Source: Microthrixaceae bacterium (lineage in GTDB: Bacteria > Actinomycetota > Acidimicrobiia > Acidimicrobiales > Microtrichaceae). Taken from it: a stretch of DNA of 38,480 nucleotides. Below, in pieces: positions 34,159-38,480 of the stretch; positions within the stretch are counted from its first letter, which is position 1; every line of letters begins with the position of its first letter. Under the pieces are notes generated by a model that did not search any database, had not been told where the DNA came from, and was given only the letters and a program-made list of their open reading frames with translations. Position numbers and translations under genes: made by a program. The DNA lies in the NCBI GenBank assembly GCA_044228005.1, contig JBGAVR010000031.1, positions 1 through 38,480 on the forward strand. The letters run 5' to 3'.

Positions 34159-35729
34159 ACTGCTCCTTGTCTGTTTGCTTGCTGGTCTGGTGTTTGCTGG
34201 TCTGGTGTTTGCCGGTCTGCGGTTTGCTGGTCTGTTGTTTGCTGGCCTGGTGCTGGCGAATTCGCTGCCAGTTGTTCGGTCACAGCGGCTGCTGGTTTCG
34301 CGTCTGTGTCCACCACCCAGGTGTCCTTCGAACCCCCGCCCTGGGAAGAGTTGACGACGAGTGAGCCCTCCTGGCGGGCCACGCGAGTTAATCCGCCGCA
34401 GGAGACGTAGCTCTCAGCGCCGAGAATCGTGAACGGTCGAAGATCGACGTGCCGGGGCGCGAGTCGACCCTCGCAGATCGTCGGGACGACTGACAGGTTG
34501 ACCACAGGTTGGGCTACATATCCGCGGGGGTCGTTTCTAATGTCCTTGGCGCAGCGATCGAGTTCGTCCCGTGTCGCCATCGGGCCGATGACGATTCCGT
34601 ATCCGCCCGACTCGTTGGCCGGTTTGACGACCAACTCCGACAGATGATCGAGTACGAACGCTCGATCCTCCACCTCGCCGCATTGGTAGGTGGGCACGTT
34701 CGCCAAGATCGGCTCCTGGTCGAGGTAGTACCGAATCATGTCGGGGACATAGGAGTAGACCGCTTTGTCGTCAGCTACCCCAGTGCCTGGGGCGTTCGCT
34801 ATGGCGACATTTCCGGCCTTCCAGGCACGCAAAATTCCGGGCACTCCCAAGGCGCTGTCCTTCCGGAAGACCTCCGGATCCAGGAAGGTGTCGTCTACTC
34901 GTCGGTACAGGACGTCAACCCGAACGGGACCGCTAATCGTGCGCAGAAACAGGCGGTCCTCATCGACGAAGAGGTCGCGACCCTCTACCAACTCGACTCC
35001 CATTTGGTGAGCCAGGAAGCAGTGCTCGAAATAGGCAGAGTTGTGAATGCCGGGCGTGAGCACGGCAATCACTGCCGCGTCGCCCAAGGGGCTCAGGGAG
35101 GCAAGGATCCTGCGAAGTCGCTCCGGGTAGGCATCGACAGGGAGGATGGATTGATGTGCGAACAGATCTGGAAAGACACGCTTCGTAATCTCACGGTTTT
35201 CCAGCATGTAGGAAACACCTGAGGGGACTCGAAGGTTGTCTTCGAGCACGAAGATGGTGCCGTCGCTGCCCCGCACCAAGTCGCTTCCGCAGATGTGTGC
35301 CCAGACGCCATGAGCGGGCTCTGCGCCTCGGCATTCTGGCCGAAACCCGGGCGAATGATCGATGAGCTGCCGGGGGATGTGGCCATCGTGGAAGATCTGT
35401 TGCGCGCCGTAGACGTCGGCGATGAACCTATTGAGGGCAGTAAGTCGCTGCACGAGACCCGCCTCGACTCGGTCCCATTCGCGCCGACTAATGACTCGGG
35501 GAACGATGTCGAGAGGCCATGCCCGATCGATTCCATCGCCTTCGGAGTAGACCGTGAAGGTGATGCCCGCCGCCTCGATACTGAGGTTTGCGGCATGCTG
35601 TCGTTCTTCAATCTCCTCGATACCAAGACGCTCAAGGTGACTGACCAGTGCTGCTGCAGCATCGCGTGGCTTGCCAGCCTCGTCGATGAGTTCATCGAAG
35701 GACGGGGGTTGGTAGTCGCCGAAGAGCAC
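34155..35729 (-). CDS. Circularly permuted ATP-grasp type 1 protein (DUF404/DUF407; Rv2411c-like) with DQQTP-repeat C-tail
   Basis: 524 aa. GTG start at 35729 with a purine-rich tract immediately upstream. The C-terminal DQQT(P/A)D repeats are encoded by a 15-bp tandem repeat (34174-34252). Confidence 0.85.
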   Translation of the reverse strand: MLFGDYQPPSFDELIDEAGKPRDAAAALVSHLERLGIEEIEERQHAANLSIEAAGITFTVYSEGDGIDRAWPLDIVPRVISRREWDRVEAGLVQRLTALNRFIADVYGAQQIFHDGHIPRQLIDHSPGFRPECRGAEPAHGVWAHICGSDLVRGSDGTIFVLEDNLRVPSGVSYMLENREITKRVFPDLFAHQSILPVDAYPERLRRILASLSPLGDAAVIAVLTPGIHNSAYFEHCFLAHQMGVELVEGRDLFVDEDRLFLRTISGPVRVDVLYRRVDDTFLDPEVFRKDSALGVPGILRAWKAGNVAIANAPGTGVADDKAVYSYVPDMIRYYLDQEPILANVPTYQCGEVEDRAFVLDHLSELVVKPANESGGYGIVIGPMATRDELDRCAKDIRNDPRGYVAQPVVNLSVVPTICEGRLAPRHVDLRPFTILGAESYVSCGGLTRVARQEGSLVVNSSQGGGSKDTWVVDTDAKPAAAVTEQLAANSPAPGQQTTDQQTADRQTPDQQTPDQQANRQGAV

Positions 35730-35813
35730 CTCTCTTTCCTATAGGTGCTCTGTGAATCATCTGTGTGCGCTTCGTTTCAGGGGCGTGAACACAGTGTCCG
35801 GTTGGGCGAATGG

Positions 35814-36587
35814 CTATGACGACACTGCGAGAGTCGACGCAAAGATCTGCCAGGCGAGCGCCGACTTCGCTACAAAGCTGAGCACGATGTAGATCCTCTC
35901 GCCGTGGAGATAGTTGGCCCACTTACCCTTGGCTCGGTACTGCTTGTACTGCACGAGGGCGAAGCAGTTGAACAGCAGGAACAGCGAGACGACGATTCCG
36001 TAGACGAAACCTGGTGCGGTTGATTCAGGCGGGCCCTTGGGCGAGATGAGTTGGAAGACGAAGAGGAGCCACGGGACCGACCCAGCAATGCAGCCGAAGA
36101 TGAAGGGGAGCCATTCGCCATCGCCCGGTGTTGTGAACTTCTCCTGAAGCCAACCGAACAGAATCATGGAGACGTTGATCCCGAAGATCGCGGCGAGCGC
36201 AGTGATCTCGCTGATTCCGTTGAGTTGGGCGATCACGAAGACCATGATCGAGGAACTCAGCGAGTACTCGACCCAGCGGAAGATGTTGCGACTCTGCAGT
36301 AGCGAGGCCTGATACCTCGGAAAGAACTTCGGTGAAGCGACACTGAAGTGAAACAGCGCGGACAACCCGAGAAACAGGGCGATCGAGATTGCTACCCGAC
36401 TGTCGAACAGCGTCACGGGAGCGGAAAACGTCGATCCAGGCGGCCCAGTCTGGTAGGTGGCGGTCACTGGCAACGAGAAGTCGTTGGCTAGAACCAGCAC
36501 GGCGATCAGGGAGACCGCGTGTAGCGCTCCGGCGAAGAGGTTGAGAGTGCGAAGCGGTGCCACGCCCTCGGAGTGGGTGGAAGTCAT
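35814..36587 (-). CDS. Heliorhodopsin (7-TM retinal-binding photoreceptor, inverted topology)
   Basis: 257 aa with 7 predicted TM helices. Conserved blocks match my recollection of heliorhodopsin 48C12: LANDFSLPVTATYQTGPPG, FRWVEYSLSSSIM (counterion Glu), VSMILFGWLQEKF, GFVYGIVVS, LVQYKQYRAKGKWANYLHGE, and SFVAKSALAWQIFA carrying the Schiff-base Lys. The ATG overlaps the GT1 stop (ATGA), with AAGAAGGG about 10 nt upstream. Confidence 0.85.
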   Translation of the reverse strand: MTSTHSEGVAPLRTLNLFAGALHAVSLIAVLVLANDFSLPVTATYQTGPPGSTFSAPVTLFDSRVAISIALFLGLSALFHFSVASPKFFPRYQASLLQSRNIFRWVEYSLSSSIMVFVIAQLNGISEITALAAIFGINVSMILFGWLQEKFTTPGDGEWLPFIFGCIAGSVPWLLFVFQLISPKGPPESTAPGFVYGIVVSLFLLFNCFALVQYKQYRAKGKWANYLHGERIYIVLSFVAKSALAWQIFASTLAVSS

Positions 36588-37930
36588 GGTTGTAGGACCC
36601 TTCTTGTCAGAATTTCGCGACTGTCTGACGGGAGTTGAGGCTTCCGTCCATGTTGGAGGATCGCCGTGATGGCCCTCGTTGGTCCCCCGTTGGAGGTGAT
36701 CGAATCGGCCAACTTGCGAGACCGCTCGTTGGACTCCGGACCGAGCAGGTCTGCCACGGCGGTTACTAGCTCCTCACTGGTCACGGTGTTTGGAGCCAGC
36801 GCTATGCCGAGGCCAGTGCGTTCGATCGTAGCAGCGGCAGCGAACTGGTCGGTCGAGAACGGAAGCAGGATCATTGGCACCCCAGCGGCGGCTGCCTCGG
36901 TGACACTTCCGTTTCCCCCGTGGTGAATGATCACGTCGGTGTGGTTGAGGATTGCCACCTGAGGAAGATGTCGAACGATGACGGCTCCCGGAGGCGGCTC
37001 GCCGAGGGAGCCAGGTGTCGAGCTGCCATGAGCGAGGGCGAGGCGCCAATTCCCGATTCGAGCGGCGGAGATAGCGGTGGCGAGAACGTCGCCGCGGGCG
37101 CTCAGAAACGACCCCAACGCGACGGTGACTCGAGGCCCAGATCCCGAGGGGAGGGTGAAGTCCCCCAACGACTCCGCACGGGGCAGCGCACCAATGAACA
37201 CCGCCTCTGGAGGCAGTGTGCGGGAGGAGTCGTGCAGTGCTTCGGGATACACGTAGATGGTCGGATACCCAGGAGTCGACGTGAGATCGCCGATGGGGCC
37301 TCGCTGCGGTGCCCGGCGAAGCAGGAACTCGTTGCTCAGTTCGCGCAGGTTCTCGACCGCGAGCTCGCAACGCTGCCGCACTGCCTGGATGTCAGTCTCA
37401 GACGGTCTCGTCGCAGATGGCCAAGCAGGAGGTAGCCCATACACCTCTCCGGGCGCCGGCAGGGCGCTCGGGTGACCGAGTACTACGGTCGCGGCCTCAA
37501 CTCCGAGGGCATGCAACGCGAGACGTGCACCGAAGGCGACGTGGTCGACCAGCACGCGGTCTGGCTGAACTGCCTCGATGATCACCGCCAATTCATCGAA
37601 TACTCGATCGGGCTCGTGGAGCAGGTCGTGGCCGCGGGCATCAGCCTGGTAGCGCAGGGTTGCCAGTGGACCCGACCGTGTGGCGTCGAAGAACGCTTGG
37701 AGGTGCTCATCCTCTCCCTTGGGTTGATCGCCAACTTCAATGACGCCGCCGTTACTGCCAGCGCCGAGCCGAAGCTCAATCCACGCAAGTCCCGCTGCCT
37801 CGACGGCCGACCGGGTTGCGCTGCCGGTGGCGATGACGACCTCACCGCGGGTACGGCTCCATTCGCTGCCAATCTGCAGGAGGGGCAACGTATGGGACAA
37901 GTAGTCAGGGCTGATGACTAGGAGTTTCAT
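36584..37930 (-). CDS. GT1 family glycosyltransferase (UDP-glycosyltransferase/MGT-like)
   Basis: 448 aa. The C-terminal donor-binding signature HHGGNGSVTEAAAAGVPMILLPFSTDQ is typical of GT1 UGT/MGT enzymes. Confidence 0.8.
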   Translation of the reverse strand: MKLLVISPDYLSHTLPLLQIGSEWSRTRGEVVIATGSATRSAVEAAGLAWIELRLGAGSNGGVIEVGDQPKGEDEHLQAFFDATRSGPLATLRYQADARGHDLLHEPDRVFDELAVIIEAVQPDRVLVDHVAFGARLALHALGVEAATVVLGHPSALPAPGEVYGLPPAWPSATRPSETDIQAVRQRCELAVENLRELSNEFLLRRAPQRGPIGDLTSTPGYPTIYVYPEALHDSSRTLPPEAVFIGALPRAESLGDFTLPSGSGPRVTVALGSFLSARGDVLATAISAARIGNWRLALAHGSSTPGSLGEPPPGAVIVRHLPQVAILNHTDVIIHHGGNGSVTEAAAAGVPMILLPFSTDQFAAAATIERTGLGIALAPNTVTSEELVTAVADLLGPESNERSRKLADSITSNGGPTRAITAILQHGRKPQLPSDSREILTRRVLQP

Positions 37931-38480
37931 CGGAGCGGAAGCCCGACACGGCTTGGTAGAGGTCGAGCGCTGAAACGCTCATCGGTGTGTACAGGCGGCA
38001 CCAGCGCTCGGTACACGCCGCCAAGTCGTTGGGCCATCTTCTCGATACTCAGTTCTGTCCGAACCTTGTCTCTCGCTCGCTGAGCGCGGCCCGGAATGCC
38101 CTCCAGCTCCAGCGCCGCGACAATGGCCGCGCGTAGCGAGGAGATGGAGAGCGTGTCGCAGAGGATTCCTATGTCGCTGTGGCTGATGTAGGTGCGTGGC
38201 CCTCCACGCTCGGGGGCGACTACCGCTGCTCCGGCGGCAAGCGCTTCCACGATGGCCAACCCGAACTCCTCCTTATCGCTCGCGCAGACGTAGACGCCGC
38301 CATGGCAAACCGTCTCTGCCATCAGGTCGCTGACCACCGAAGGGGGAAGGTGGCCAGTAAGTGTGACGAGGCCAGGTTCTGCATCGGCAGCGGCGAGCTG
38401 AATACGCTCGATGGTTGACTGCTCATCGGGAGACGGATTTTCCAAGTCGCCGCCAATGATCACCACATTGACCCTGTCGG
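37927..38480 (-). CDS. GT4 family glycosyltransferase, C-terminal part (gene continues beyond window end)
   Basis: EEFGLAIVEALAAGAAVVAP is the GT4 EX7E motif. The reading frame stays open to the window edge. Its stop overlaps the GT1 start by 4 nt. Confidence 0.7.
   Translation of the reverse strand, partial: DRVNVVIIGGDLENPSPDEQSTIERIQLAAADAEPGLVTLTGHLPPSVVSDLMAETVCHGGVYVCASDKEEFGLAIVEALAAGAAVVAPERGGPRTYISHSDIGILCDTLSISSLRAAIVAALELEGIPGRAQRARDKVRTELSIEKMAQRLGGVYRALVPPVHTDERFSARPLPSRVGLPLR

Overview
This is a 38.5-kb chromosomal window from a high-GC, actinobacterial-type genome, roughly 90% coding, with about 34 genes. Reading from the start, it contains: (i) a TetR-controlled catabolic cluster (acetoacetate-decarboxylase-family protein, PaaI-type thioesterase, aldehyde dehydrogenase) divergent from an amidohydrolase-2/SDR pair; (ii) a MarR regulator followed by a 1007-aa Upf1-like SF1 helicase with a C-terminal DUF559 (Vsr-like) nuclease domain; (iii) an AT-rich islet with a 'mobile mystery protein A/B' (HTH + Fic) module inserted beside the frameshifted remnants of an NB-ARC/TPR (STAND) NTPase gene; (iv) GlxA and DJ-1/PfpI genes separated by a 6-unit 17-bp tandem-repeat array; (v) a flotillin, an ABC-F ATPase, a sulfotransferase, KorAB 2-oxoglutarate:ferredoxin oxidoreductase, and a HTH-regulator/Tpx operon; (vi) a GntR regulator, fatty-acid hydroxylase, MaoC double-hotdog hydratase and CMD/AhpD-like protein. 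The most striking feature is (vii): a heliorhodopsin gene inside an ~8.7-kb co-directional, overlap-coupled array on the minus strand, ordered GT4 – GT1 glycosyltransferase – heliorhodopsin – circularly permuted ATP-grasp – alpha-E – fused CP-ATP-grasp/alpha-E – transglutaminase-like protease. The heliorhodopsin start codon overlaps the GT1 stop (ATGA), and no terminator separates it from the predicted amidoligase/peptidase genes. I regard this linkage as the candidate previously undescribed system. No rRNA, tRNA or CRISPR array was found. All identifications rest on motifs read from the translations, not on database searches.
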